Both the position numbers and the translations under genes were made by a program. The notes under the pieces were generated by a model. That model was given only the letters and a program-made list of their open reading frames with translations, searched no databases and was not told where the DNA came from. This document shows, piece after piece, positions 43,604-58,800 of a stretch of 64,000 nucleotides of DNA. Position 1 is the stretch's first letter, and every line of letters begins with the position of its first letter. This stretch comes from the human T2T-CHM13v2.0 reference genome, Homo sapiens. The stretch lies in the NCBI RefSeq assembly GCF_009914755.1, contig NC_060937.1. One strand, given 5' to 3'.

Positions 43604-45334
43604 AATAATTAAACCATTACCATATTGAACAAACTCCTTGAATTATTCTCTTTGAAATGCTGATTTCGTTAGAATAAAAAAATACTGGATTTGCGTTTTT
43701 TTTAAAAAAAAAGGTCACCCTAAATTGGCTTTTGTATAAGCTGGATTATTTCAGACAATATGATGTAAAAAGACTGAGATAAATATCATCAACATGATTC
43801 CTTGAGTTTCTTCCTTTACTGATTCAAACATATTCCCACACCCTTCTGTTCTATCATCTGATGTAATATGTAAACCTACAGCATATGTGTAAACTTGCCT
43901 CCAAAGGATATTGATGTAATTTTCTTTCCAGGGAGGAATCTTAGCCATTTACTGGCCTGGTGTTGGTGCACAGACTGACCTGTTTCCTGGAGTCTGATGG
44001 GAGTTTCTGTTCCCAGTTTCCAAATAAGCCAGTGTTGAAAGTACTCACTGAGAACACAATGGCTACATCATATGTGTTCCCTTGTCTGCACTATCATGGT
44101 TTTAATGTCTTAACATTTTCCCTTCTATTCATCCGCACATGCGTGGCTCCCCGCCTCCCGCTGCTAGAATGTGTCACCACAAAGCACAAATTATGTATTT
44201 CATCACTATTTTCCCAGCACCAAGTGCAGAATCCTGCACATAGTTAGTACTTGTTAAACAGTCCGTGACTCAACTGAATGAATGAATGGATACATAGGAA
44301 TGACCTGCACCCACTTCCCCAGTTGATGTATTCACTCATCATAAAACTTCCATGATAGCCTGGATGAGTTTCTTCAGTTCAGGAATAGCAAACTGCTAAA
44401 GCCATAATTTTATAGGATAAGGTAATGTTGAGAATGAATTTCCCCACAGTAAAATTAAGGGACTGTCCAAATTTTTTATATTATTGTACTTGATTTGGGA
44501 ATAGTGCTTATAAATCTGAACCATCTACAAAAAAGAAATGAAACTTAGAAAATAGCCAAGTTTACTTGGTACTATCTTAAGATTAAAAGCAAAATTATAA
44601 ATAAAAGTGAGAATTTTTTAATCTTTGGTGCTCAGTTGTAATGCTTATTAAAACATTAAATGTCCTGAACATCTTACATGCCGGTACTTTTCCTTAATTG
44701 TAAAATAAGATTATAAGGACAAAATAAAACCATCCTCTTTAGTCCCATTTCTCTAGCAGCTCCTACTTGAGCTTTCTTGTACTTGAGAAATAAAAGAAAT
44801 GATACTATTTTAGATGGCTCAGAATTGCCTTGAACACTTAGATAAATGCATTTGCGGTGTGCAGTATACATTGCCTTGGTATATTTGTTTATCTTATATC
44901 TAAGACTACTCTGTTTAAATAGAAAATGGTCACAAAGTGTTTCTTTTTATCTTTTAAGGCAGAAAAATGACATGTAAGACACTGCCTTGAAAATATGTCA
45001 ATGCATCAGTAAATAAACACTCTTATCTCCATTACCATAATGGAGAGTCAAATCGGTATTGACGTGCAAGGTGATCCGCTCTCCGACATGGAAATTTTTC
45101 ATCAGGTGTATGCTTAAATTTCTAATTGTTTCCTGATAGAGACTTTTTTTTTTAAAGTTTTTCCCAAAAGGTGTTTAGCTAATCCATCTGGCTAATTTCA
45201 CAGTGAAACTGAATTAATTACCTCTTCCCATCTCTGTCCCAAACAACTCTATTTCTACAAACAAAACTACCTAAATGTATGCTAGCTAACTAAAACCAAA
45301 AGGAAAAGCTGACACTAAACACTTAAGAATGTGT

Positions 45335-46445
<1,111 letters not shown>

Positions 46446-49400
46446 GGAGTGGATTAAAAATGCTTTCTCTTGTTAATTGAATAATTTTTACTCAGAAATA
46501 TTTTCAGTATCTTAGAATTAATATGAAGATTTGTATGCAATCTCATCAAATAAGAGATAGAGCTGAAACTTTGACAAAAATATGTCCTACATTTAATTTT
46601 GTAAAATTGTGTATTTTCCTAAGCTTATTTTCATGTGACTAATGAAGCATCTAGGTAAAAATGAGTTGACAAAATTTACCAAAGTTTTAAAACATTACTA
46701 GCTATTAAAGTAGTTAATGATCAAATTTAAGAATTATACAAAATAGTCTCTTCCAGTGGACCCTGTACTGTGGAAATAGCTCATTTTGGAGATTGCTCCA
46801 TTATATCCAATAGTTGACAATGGAGGGCAATCACCATGTTACAGGTAAAAGGGAATGTCATAGCTTCACAAAGTCAGCGATGGTCCAGGGACTGCTTTTT
46901 AGAACGCAATGTCCTGATAACTGAATAATTACAGCAATCAGAAATGACAAAAGAAGTTCTGAGCCTTCTATCTATGATTCATTTGGAAAATGATTCATTT
47001 CCAAATCTTTCTCTCATGTATTAATAAATATCTACCAGAGCTGTGGATGAAGAGGAAAATGGAATTCATGATATGAGTTGTTAATATTTTACCATCATAA
47101 AATTCAAAGAAATTAGGAGTCTGCAATTTTCCTTTATTTCAAGAAGTATGTTTTCTATATCACCAAACGGAATTGTGTATGCATAAACACAGGCCACAAG
47201 GAACAGAGGTTCATCAGATCTGTTGAGAAAGCTACCAAGCAGAAGAATAAATCAGAAACAGTGGTGCTCATGCCCTTATACCACAGAGTCGTTTATCATG
47301 TATGGATTGTTTGGATTTATTCTACCTTGCAGGACGGAGTAGGAATGTGTTAAATCTTCCTTGTGCTTAGATTTGTGAAAAGTAGCTTTGAAGATTCCTT
47401 AAGAAAGCAAAATCTGTACTTAATTCAATGCATTAGCACCTATTATTAATCCTGAAATGGATCTTTTTCCTTTGTGATAAATCTGAGATAACAGTAGGTT
47501 CATGTCGGCATTCTCTGTCATGTGGCTGGCTCCTTGAAAAGATTTATAACAAACAGGCTGCGTCTGGGGAAAGGGTTACTTTTAAAAATCCAGCGGGATA
47601 AATGCGAGCTTCACAGCGCCACCTCTGCCTGACTGCCTGTTTGCGAATGGAGGAAATCCTGACATAGATTTCAACACACCTTATGATTACCAGAGCACAG
47701 ACGGGTCAGCACGTTGGGGCGAGGGGGGAGCGCCTGAAGGTGAGATATTTCCAGTAGAGGCCTATGTACAGATGGCAAGAGGGACTAAATATTCTGGACC
47801 TGTTGCATATGGGCGCTCCCGCTGATGCAAAACGGCGTTCTGAACAGGGAAGGCATGCGTGCTGCGCAGCAGGGCTCCCGCAGCGGGGTGTGGGTTCAGG
47901 GTGCTGGACTTCAAAACCGCCTGAAACGCAGTCCAAACAGGAACATGAAGCCCTCTCAGGAGGGAGTGCCCTTTTTCCTCAACCATTTTTAATAAAATAT
48001 TTTAAATGATTTTTCTTCATTTTACCATATTTACGAGGAATTGTGGCATCCCCACATCTATTTATAGCACTTACACGTGTCTAAACCAGAACAGGGTCTA
48101 TACCTGAAGAGCTGACGCCTCCTTCAGATGCGCGTTCCGTGGGTCGAATCCACGCCAGTCTGTGACAAAAAGTGCTCTTGCAAAGACCAAAATGTTAAAA
48201 GGATATTGGAAAGCCACGTGGGGTTTTGAAAGAACAGGAAAAAGAAACAGAGCTTTGCCAGGCCCTGGTAGAGAAAGCCTCCATTAGAAAGAGCTTCATT
48301 TCAATGAACCTTCTCAGGCAAGGTGACACCGGTTTGGGTGATTGGCTGGTGACTCCGCCAAGCATTCTGCAGTGGAGTAATGACTGGGCTCCGCGCCCCC
48401 ACAGCCCCTTCGCTGGACCTGTCCTGAGTGGCTCCTTGGGCAAATCGCAGTTTACTTCCCCGTAGGGAGAGAAACTCGGGCATCCAGGTGTTAGACTGTG
48501 GGGGTCCTGCACCTTCTTCCTTCAACCCCTGGGCGCACAGTTTGAAGCCCTCCTGGGCCGGACGACGTGGGGAATGACTGCACCCCGGAGGCCAGGAGCT
48601 CGCGCTCACCTCCCAATGACTTCAAAATGTGTGGCTGCATCTTGAGGAAGAGCAGATCCTGCCTGGTGTCCGCTATCGGCGCGGTGGCTGACACCGAGGC
48701 AGGCGGCGCTCTCCCTGGCCATGATGAAGCCGCCCTGTGACCCCCACAGCCCGCACTTCTGAGCAGCCGCGACTCCAGGCCTCACTCTGTGTCAGCTACT
48801 TCAGGAGAGGAGAATTACGAATGAGGTACTAATGAGGAATTTCATCACCTGTTTACCTTCACCGATCAGTGGCCCTCCTTTAATTTACCAGAAACACATT
48901 CTTTTTAGGCTGCTGTCAGCTGGAATGGCCTCTTATTTGAAGTGGTTATAAAGTAACACATACCTGGGAAACTTGCCTCTGTGCATGCCTTGGGCTCTGA
49001 TACCACAGTCTACAGGAAGAGACAGGGAGCCAAACACAACCAGGGTTTCCCAAGCAGAGAGGAGAGGTTAAATACCTGCGATTGCACCCAGTAGTATGTT
49101 TTACTTTTTAACAAGGACCACCAATAATGTTAATCCATCAGAGACAAATTCTCATAATTTAGAATTAATACTGAAACAAGAGGGCTTATACCCTATGTGG
49201 AGCTATTTCTTTTTGGAATCCATACCTAGGAAGGTGGTAGGAGCACACACAGGCAGCAAGAAAGAAAGATCAAAGGAACTGGGTTCAGATCCCAACTCTG
49301 TGTGACGTCCGTAATCACTTCCCCTACTTCATCTTTAATTTCCTTACCTGCAAGATGAAAATGAAAATGCCTTTCCCATTGGATCGTGGGAAAAATAATG

Positions 49401-49679
49401 ACACAAAGTTACAAAACAGTTTTTTACACTGTCTGGCACCGGTAGATGATCATAAAGGCCGCTTTCTTTTTCATTTTAACAGCTACATAGATTCAATCCA
49501 ATTTATTTCAAATCAACAGATACATGTTGCAGAAAATAGGAAAACATTATTAAATAACTATAACAACCAAGTAGCCATAAGATAGAAATAACAAGCAACT
49601 TCTTTAAGAATTTTATTTCCTATTTAAGCTTTAAATTTATTTTTCCATTCTTCATTTTCACATAAAATATTATTTAGAA

Positions 49680-50045
49680 AATTGAATTCATGAAGATAGA
49701 AAGTAGAATGATGGATACTAGAGGCTAGGAAGGGCGGAAAAAAACAGATAAAGGGAACTCGTTAATGGGTACAAAAATACAGTTAGAAGGAATAAGATCT
49801 GGTGTTCATTAGCACAATAGGGCAACTATATAGTTAACAATAATTTATTGTATATTTCAAAATAACTAAAACAGCAGTATTGGAATGTTACTAACACAAA
49901 GAAATGATAAATGCTTCAGGCGATGGGTACCCCAATTATCCTGATTTAATCATTACACATTGTATGCTTGTAACAAAACATGTACCACATAAATACGTAC
50001 AACCAATATGTATGCATAATTAAAAGGAAAAAATTAAAAAGAAAA
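49680..50045 (+). mobile_element. L1MA 3' end
   Basis: ggttaatgggtacaaaaatacagttag-type motif; tgtatatttcaaaataact. Confidence 0.85.
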
Positions 50046-50212
50046 AAGATTATGTCCTACTCTCCACAACAATCTAGTTTACTGAATTCTAGTTTCTAAT
50101 TCTAATGTAATTCACCTTTGACAAAATTTCAGTGGCTTACAATGACCTACTATGTAGAATCTAAACTCTACCTGGAACTCTACCTGGTTGGTGTGGCTGC
50201 CTGCATTTACTA

Positions 50213-50720
50213 ACTGTATTAGTAGACACTCAAGTTACAAGTGACAGAAACTCAATTCAAACCAGCTTAAACTAAGTAGAGAATATATGGGCTTCCTTAA
50301 CTAAGAAGGGAGAAAATCTGCCTTGGGCATGGTGAGATTCAGAAACGCAAATGATTTCCTCAGGAATCTTTCTCTTCTCCATCTCTGGACTCTGCTTTCA
50401 GATATTTTGGCTTCATTTTTAGGTGGGCTTCCTCCTTCATTTCAATAAAACTTCTCAGGTAATGTAGGGAGCAAGTTGCCCAATTGGAGTTCTAGGATTA
50501 CAACATCGCTTAAGCTAACAAATCTAGAGAGAAGATATTATCTTTTTCCAGGAAATTCTAGCAAAATATTTACGAAGGTTGTTTTTGGTCCAGTCAGATC
50601 ATGTTTGAACCAATTGCTGAGACCAGGGTGACAGAGAACTTTGATAAACCAAACTAGGATTACATGGCCATGTCTATGGCTAAAAGGGAAGGAGGTCAAG
50701 CATATCAAACACATAACATG
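50213..50720. mobile_element. old MLT1 LTR fragment
   Basis: gttacaagtgacagaaactcaattcaaaccagcttaa. Confidence 0.55.
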
Positions 50721-52064
50721 GGCTTGTTTGGATTTTACCAAAAAAACATGTTCAGTTACAAGAATAATTATAACAAAAGTGTACTAACTATTGGGCGCAT
50801 AGACCACCATACCTCTCTTCCTGTCAAATCTAGTCAAGTCCTTAGGCTGACCCAGTTGTTTACTCATTCTTACTTGAATACAACTTCTCATGGATAGGAC
50901 AAGGTGGTTCTTGGCTATAGTATGACCAGACTCTCCTTGATACTCTCCTGTAATTTTCATTTTCACATTTTTCCAGATCCCTGATCTTCTTCCTGGTTTC
51001 TAAATTCTCATGCCGTTTTACACTGTTAATCTTGCACCTCTCTGATCAATGCCTAATTTGAAATATTAAGCCAGTTCCTGACTGACCTTATCCTCGCCAC
51101 CCTACTGGCCTCAATTTCTCCCATCTGGCCTGATTTCTAAGAAACCCACATATGCTTTGCAAAAAATGCTCCACTTCATATTTCTTACCAATGTGTTGTA
51201 GGAACCTACCAAGCTGGAAATAATATGCAGAGATAAACGTGTTTAAAGACAGACTATTCTCCAAAATAGTCTCATTTTTTTGCCTAACTTATTATGTATT
51301 TTCTGTCACTTTTAATAAATTAGTCTAAATTAATATACTTTTCATTTTCTAGCCCCGTTAATGTATTCATGATTTTCTAAAGAATCCCACTATCGGACTT
51401 TCAGATTATGTAAAGGGAAACTGTAGACTTTCAAGTCATTTAAAGGGTACCATGATAAAATGAAAAATTGTATGGATTTAGATTTAGAAGTCATAGGTTT
51501 CAACCCTAGCACTTCTAACCAGATGACCTCTTGCAAATCACGTCATCTTAGAAAATCAATGTATCAATAAAATGGAACACCATCCTTAGCAGTTTGTAGT
51601 GAGACTAAGATTAGATATTGCCCGTCTGCCAATTGCAAATATTTTTCAAATGTGTTTCCATTTTTATACTATTTACTATTTAGACTTTCTATTATGGTCC
51701 AGTTTTGCTCCTTCAACCAAATTAGATATTATTTGACAGAAAATATTGTAATTTATTACTGTTTACTTCTAGAATAGCTTTAAGAACATACCAGATGCTC
51801 AGTAAGTATTTATTTCATGCTTGGCTCTGAAATATAATTGAAGGATAAATATTTGGCAGTTGTGATCCTTTAAATTTAAATGATAACCCCACTATCAAAA
51901 TAATCTAACTTAAAGTCAAATTATATCACTTAGGTAAACTGGAATAGATGCCCAAAAAGAGCCAGTGATTCTCATTTTTTTTTCAAAAGAGGAGAAAGAT
52001 AAGAAAAAGGAGGGGCTATTGAACTGAGAATAATTGCCATTATATATCATTATAAAATTGGGAC

Positions 52065-53775
52065 TCAAGAAGGTGAAAGACCTTTATAATGAAAACTACA
52101 AAACACCGATTAAAGATATTGAAGAAAACACAAACAAATGGAAAGATGTCCCATGCTCATAGATTGGAAGAATTAATCTTGTTCAAATGATCATACTACC
52201 CAAAGCGATCTACAGATTCAAAGCAATCCATTTCAAAATACCAACGTTGTTCTTTACAAAAGTAGAAAAAAAAATTCTAAAATTTGTATGGTACCACAAA
52301 AGACTTTGAATAGCCAAAGCAATCCTGACTGAAAAACTAAAAATCTGGAGGCATCACACTATTTGACTTCAAAATATACTACAAAATTATAATAACAGAA
52401 ACAGCATGGTTTTGGGATAGACCAATGGAACAGAATAGATAACCCAGGAATAAATCCACATATTTACAGCCAACTGGTTTTTGACAAAGGGCAAAGAATG
52501 TGCAATGGGGAAAGGGCGCCCTCTTCAGTAAATGATGCTAGGAAGACTGGATAACCGTATGCAGAAAAATTAAACTGGACCCCTATCTCTCACCGTAAGA
52601 AATCAACTCAAAATGAATTAAAAATTTAAATGTAGGGCCCCAAACTAAAATACTACTAGAAGAAAAAGAATAGGGCAAATGCTTCAGGACATTGGTGTAG
52701 GCAAAGATTTTATGTTCAAGACTTCAAAAGCACATGCAACAAAATTAAATATAGACAAATAAGACTACATTACACTAAAAAGCTTCTGCACAGCAAAGGA
52801 AACAATAAATAGAGTGAAGATGCAACCTATAGAATCAAAGAAAATACTTGAAAATTATTCATCTGAAAAAGCCTACTATCCAGAATATACAGGGAACTCA
52901 ACTCAACAGCAAGAAGAAAAATAATCCAATTAAGAAGTGAGCAAAGGATCTGAATAGACATTTGTTAAAATAAGACATTCCAATGCCAGTAGGTGTATTA
53001 AAAATTCTCAACATCAATAATCATCAGGGAAATAAAAATCACAACCACCATGAGATATTATCTCACCCAGTTAGGACGGCTATTATCAAAAAGACAGAAG
53101 ATAACAAATGCCGCTGAGGATGTGGATAAAAGGAAACTCTTATAGCTGTTAGTGCGAATGTAAATTAGTACAATCTTGTGTATTTATCCAAAGGAAGGGA
53201 AATCAGTATATCAAAGGGATACCTGTACCTCCATGTTTATTGCAGCATTGGTCACAATAGCCAAGATATGGAATCAACCTAAGTTTCCATCAATGAATGA
53301 CTGGATAAAGAAAATGTGGCATATATTCACAATGGAATACTATTCAGCCATAAAAAATGAAATTCATTTGCACCAACATGGATGGAGCTGGAGGTTATTA
53401 TGTTAAGTAGGACACTCCTGTGGGAGATAAATATCTTGATCTCATGTAGGTACAGAGTAGAATGATGGTCATTAGAGGCTGGGAAGGATGGGAGTGGAAG
53501 GAATGAGGAGAGATTGGTTAATGGGTACAAATATACAATTAGAAAGAATAAATTCTACTGTTTGACAGCACAGTAGGATAACTATAGTTAATAATAATTT
53601 ATTGTATATTTCAAAATAGCAGAAGGGAAGAATTTAAATATTCCCCAAACAAATAATTGATAAATGTTTGAGGTAACAAGTATCTTAAACACCCTGATTT
53701 GATCATTACACATTCTGTGCATGTAACAAAATGTCACATATACCTCACCAATATTTTTAATTGTTGTGTCAATGA
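52065..53775 (+). mobile_element. L1MA 5'-truncated copy (ORF2 C-terminal remnant and 3'UTR)
   Basis: aaatggaaagatgtcccatgctcatagattggaagaattaat; aaaagcttctgcacagcaaaggaaac; no open frame. Confidence 0.92.
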
Positions 53776-53999
53776 AAGAAATTATTCCAGAAAGTAGGAA
53801 AAGAAGAAAAGCTGCTTAACTCCTTATTCCAAAATCAGGTAAAGACAGTACAAGAAAAGAGAATCATAAACCCTGTGTTGCTAATAAATATGTGTGATGT
53901 GTGGTATATCTCTGTGTGGGTAGGTGTGTGTATCTCTGTGTGTATTTAAAATTTCCTTCCAAGTGTTAAATAGACATCATTTTGGGGTGGGAGATTACA

Positions 54000-54700
54000 A
54001 AAATAAAAATAGAACTACCATATAATCTAGTGCAACTACTGGATATATATCCAAAGGAAATGGAATCAGTACATTGAAGAGATATCTTCACTCTCATGTT
54101 TATTGAAGCACTATTCACAATAGCCGAGATATAGAATCAACCTAAGTGTCCATCAAGGAATGAATAGATTTTTAAAATGTGGTATCTACACACAATGGAA
54201 TACTATTCATCCATAAAACAGAATGAAATCCTATCATTTGCAACAACATGAATGAACCTGGAGGACATTATTAATATGAGATGTCAGACACAAAACGACA
54301 GATAACCTCATGCTCTCACTCATATGTGGAATCTAAAAAAGTTGATATTATAGAAGTAGAATAGAGGTAGTTACCAGAGACTGTGAGGGTAGGGTGGGTG
54401 GGGGATGGGGAGAGGTTGGTCAATAATTACAAAGCTACAACTAGAAAGGAAGAATAAGTTCTGGTGTTCTATTGCACAGTAAGGTTACCATAGTAAATAA
54501 TACACTTTTGTATATTTCAAAATACCTGGGAGAGAAGATATTGAATGCTGTCACCACAAAGAAACGATACAAGTTTAAGGTGATAACTATGCTAATTATT
54601 CTGGTTTGATCACTACAATGTATGCATGTATTGAAACATCATACTGCATTCCATAAATACGTATATTATATATAAACTAAAAACAAAATTAAACTTTTAG
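54000..54700 (+). mobile_element. second L1MA 3' end
   Basis: atagaactaccatataatctag; aataagttctggtgttctattgcacagt. Confidence 0.88.
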
Positions 54701-54784
54701 AAAAACAGTACATATTTTCATACACTAGAAAACTAGATTCTTTACTAATAGACTGTACTGGTTGAATCCAGATTCCTAAATTGG

Positions 54785-54975
54785 GCTCCTGAGTTTGAAC
54801 CACATCCCAGGGCTGTAACATAAATCACGTAATCTCTCCATCCCTCCTTTTCTTCCTGGCAAAATGCTAATAATAATAGAATCAATCACATAGAGTTGTT
54901 GTGATGATTAAATGTTGAAACAATCCTAACAAGTTTAGAACAGTGACCAACACATGGTAATATTCAATAACTGTT
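54785..54975 (+). mobile_element. MIR
   Basis: aaaatgctaataataataga...catagagttgttgtgatgattaaatg. Confidence 0.7.
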
Positions 54976-55084
54976 GTGGTTTTCATTACTGTGGTAGGGA
55001 TTTTTACAGAACGAGGTTAGCAGTCTGCTCTTGAAAACAGAATACCCTAGAATTTAAGAGTAATTTCAATCCATTCAAGCTGCT

Positions 55085-55488
55085 TGATATAGTTTGGGTA
55101 TTTGTCCCTGCCCAAATCTCATGCTGAAACATCATCCCCAGTGTTGAAGGTGGGTCCTGGTGGGAGGTGTTTGGGTCAGAGAGGAGGATCCCTCCAGGCT
55201 TGTTGCTGTCCTTGTGATAGTGAGTGAGTTCTCAGAAGATATGGTTGTTTAAGCGTGTGGCGCCTCTGCCACTTGCTCCTGCTTCTGCCTCTGCCATGTG
55301 ACGTGCCTGCTCCTGCTTCACCTACTACTGAGAGTAAAAGCTCCCTGAGGCCTCCTCAGAAGTCGAGCAGATGCTAGTGCCATGTTCCTGTACAACCTGC
55401 AGAGCCAGGAGCCAATTAAACCTCTTTTCTTTATAAATCATCCAGTTTCAGGTATTTCTTTGTAGCAACGCAAGAATGGCCTAATACA
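55085..55488 (+). mobile_element. MST (MSTA-like) solo LTR
   Basis: tgatatagtttgg...ccaattaaacctcttttctttataaat...ctaataca; 5-bp TSD ctgct. Confidence 0.92.
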
Positions 55489-55584
55489 CTGCTCATTTAT
55501 CAGGTCAACTCAGCCTCAACTTCATTCCTTCCTTTATCAACCAGCCCCGGTGATGCCTCCCACCTCTGGCATGTTAAGATTCTC

Positions 55585-55672
55585 ACCGGTTTACATGGAG
55601 TTACTTCCCTGATAAGCCCATTGTAAGTAGAAAAACCTTAAGTAGAACCATAGTAAAGTTGAGGATATCGGT
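55585..55672. mobile_element. short TcMar-Tigger-like relic
   Basis: atggagttacttccctgataagcccattgtaagt resembles Tigger4-type termini. Confidence 0.5.
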
Positions 55673-55871
55673 TATTTTCTCATTGGAACTCATTTCATTA
55701 GTAGCTTCCATTCAGTTTTGTCATTGCTATCTATTGCCCTACACTTTTTACAACCTTAGCCCTGTATACTGACCACTGAAATTCCAAACCTTTGGTGCTG
55801 CTGCATCATCACAGGCCAAACAAATTAGAAGATTATTTACTAAACTTAACAGAACTATAAGATAAATATGA

Positions 55872-56147
55872 GGCCGGGCGCAGTGGCTCACGCCTGTAAC
55901 CCCAGAACTTTGGGAGGCCGAGGAGGGTGGATCACGACGTCAGGAGATCGAGACCATCCTGGCTAACACGGTGAAACCCCGTCTCTACTAAATACACAAA
56001 AAATTACCCGGGCATAGTGGCGGGCGCCTGTATTCCCAGCTACTCGAGAGGCTGAGGCAGGAGAATGGCGTGAACCCGGGAGGCGGAGCTTGCAGTGCCG
56101 AGATAGCGCCACTGCACTGGCCTGGGCGACAAGGCGAGACTCTGTCT

Positions 56148-56180
<33 letters not shown>
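55872..56180 (+). mobile_element. AluY
   Basis: 32-nt pure A-tail; perfect TSD aagataaatatga at 55859-55871 and 56179-56191. Confidence 0.96.
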
Positions 56181-56182
<2 letters not shown>

Positions 56183-56729
56183 TAAATATGAACTGTTAAC
56201 GTATTAGGAAATTTTTCATGAAAGCAAAATAAAATAAAACAAAGTAAAAAATACTTTCATATTTATGATCACAAGTTTCTACTAACGGAAGGCTCCATTT
56301 TATAGACAGTCCAACTAGTGATCTTATTTGTTTACTAATCAATCCACCTTCATCTATCAACCTATCAATCTTTAAAACTATTTATTATTTTCTGCTAGTC
56401 CCCGTCTATTGTATACAACCCTTTTTAGAGGATTATCTATTGCGTGTACTAGCAAAGTCCCATATTATCTTTACACAAATGTAGACTATTCCCACTGCTT
56501 ATCAAGCTTAACCAGAGTTTGAGGAGAATTGAGGAGAATTACAAAAAAGATTCAATTAGTTTTTTGTTGTTGTTGTTGTTGTTGTTTTTGTTTTTTGTTT
56601 TTTGTTTTTTTTTTTACCAGTTGTTAGCATTTCTAGTAAAAAGACTTGGGTGTAGTAGAATACTGAAGCTAGGGCTAAAATAAAATTTAGGACCTCTCTG
56701 TAGATTTCATTTAATTCTATTACTACTTC

Positions 56730-57535
56730 TGAAATGGGAAAATTCCCTTGTCCCCCTTGCAGGGCATGCGATGGGGGTGTGGCTCACTTCTTCAGCGCCC
56801 CACTGCTCAAACCTTTAGGGGAGCATACAGAGGGACAGGCTGTGGGGCTCCAACTCCAGGCAGTGTCTAGGGCTGAATGTTTACAGCCGAAGCTCCAGTG
56901 GGCATGTGTTACAGTGTGCTTTCAGTTTTGCCGCCTATAGGCAGTTTGTGTGAGTCAGCTCAACTGGATCCCTGCCTTATTGCAACTACAGAGGGCTTTC
57001 TGTATCCCGAGGTTCTTGCCCCAGAAGAATCGGATCACACGTGGGCTTGGAGAATGAGTACAAGGTTTTATCGAGTGGAAGTAGCAGATGGCAGAAGACA
57101 GAACGGAATGGAGTGGGAAGGTTTTCCCCTAGAGTCGGGCCGTTTAGTGGCCCGGGCTCTCCTCTGCCCCAGCCAAACTGCAGGTTGTTCTGCTTCTGCC
57201 CGTCGGTGGCCTGGTGTGCCAGCATGCCGGTGCCTGTCGCTGTGTTCCTCTAGGCATCCAGCCGCCCGTGCGCTCCTCTGCCTATCTGCTCCTCTCTAGG
57301 CCCAGCAGCTTGTGTGTCTGCCTGCTAGGGTTGTGGCCGGGGCAGGGGTGGTGGGGTGGTTATAGGCGTGGCAGTCCAGGGTGATCTTGGGAAATGCAAC
57401 AAAAATGCCTGTCCTCACCCAGTGGTGGAGCCCTCGCCGGGGACCATCCTTCCTCTACCCAGCACTTCCGTTCCCCACTTCCATATCATTTAAAGGGACC
57501 AGCTCTTCCCTTCCCAGCACTTCCCTTCCATATCA
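56730..57535 (-). mobile_element. MER50-family ERV1 solo LTR
   Basis: TG...CA termini; minus strand starts tgatatggaagggaagtgctggg; gaagaatcggatcacacgtgggcttggagaatgag; 4-bp TSD cttc. Confidence 0.85.
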
Positions 57536-58171
57536 CTTCCATCACCAACATGGGCAGTTAGGTGTTAATCGGAGAATCTGAATCACAAAGAATGACTTCT
57601 AAATAAAAGAGCCTTTAAAAACTCTCATCTGATGTTTTGGTTGAAAGATGCTAAAAATACAATAAAATAAAAACTAGGCTCATTCAAGAGAAATATTAAA
57701 ATATCCTCCAGCCAGCAAAAGTACTCCTTAAAATATTATGCCAATAACACAACTTTTAATTTTATTTTAAAAATATGTTTCTTCTATGAGTTAATGTGAT
57801 ATTTTAAAAAGATAACTGTAAATATCAAATGGCCCTGCAGCTCCCTTTCCATGTATTTATGCTTAGTGGTGATTCAGAGACCTTGCTGTGATAATCATTT
57901 TCAACTTAATCTTAGACTCAACAGAGAAATACTCCCTGAAGAAATAAGTACAGATTGTAGTTTGAAAAGGAAATGACATTTCAACTTTTTTATTTACTCA
58001 TTCTTGTTTCACTTTAATATAGTGTCATGCAAATATAATTTCCCCTAAGTCAAGTAAAATAGAAGCATTAATTTGGTTTCCACTCTTGTATCTATATTTT
58101 CTGTGTGCATATGTAGAGGTATGAATTTCTAAAGAGAGAAAATATTTTTTCTTTTTTCTAAACATGTGTCA

Positions 58172-58176
58172 TTATA

Positions 58177-58216
<40 letters not shown>

Positions 58217-58508
58217 TTTTTTTTGAGACAGAGTCTTGCTCTGTTGCCCAGGCTGGAGTGCAGTGGCACAATCTCAGCTCACCGCAACCTCCGCCTCCTG
58301 GGTTCATGCCATTCTCCTGCCTCAGCCCCCTCCCCGAGTAGCTGGGACTACAGGGGCCCGCCACCACACCCGGCTAATTTTTTGTATTTTTAGTAGAGAT
58401 GGGGTTTCACCGTGTTAGCCAGGATGGTCTCAATCTCCTGACTCGTGATCCGCCAGTCTTGGCCTCCCAAAGTGCTGGGATTACAGGCATGAACCACCTC
58501 ACCCGGCC
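58172..58508 (-). mobile_element. Alu (AluY/Sc-type) with (TA)n extension of the tail
   Basis: (TA)n, then poly-T, then a full dimer. Confidence 0.95.
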
Positions 58509-58800
58509 ACCTATGTCCAATATTCTATACTGTGGGACAGAATTACATTACGAAACCTTCCAAAAGTTGTTAAAACCCATTATGTGCTAATAGAAAAAAT
58601 AATTTTCTTGTGTTTGCAGTTATTCATGTGATGAATCTAACTTCATGAGCATTATATTTAGAATTCAGTATGAATTTCTACCCTATCAGCTGTAGCGTGG
58701 ATTCTCTGAAAGACAATGGAGATTAAACAATTTTACTGTACAGAACTGCATGCTGGCTCATGGTCTCAATTTTGAAGTTAAATGAAATGAAAAGTGTAGA

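Noticed and set aside
47613-47632. CTCF site (minus strand aggtggcgctg)
   Set aside because: The 3' half fits but the conserved upstream CC is absent; not supportable without a PWM scan or ChIP
52065-53775. Active L1 ORF2
   Set aside because: 5'-truncated with stops, frameshifts and an internal deletion
57460-57535. Duplicated cccagcacttcc...ttccatatca at the LTR end
   Set aside because: As I recall, this repeat is part of the MER50-family consensus, so it is not locus-specific
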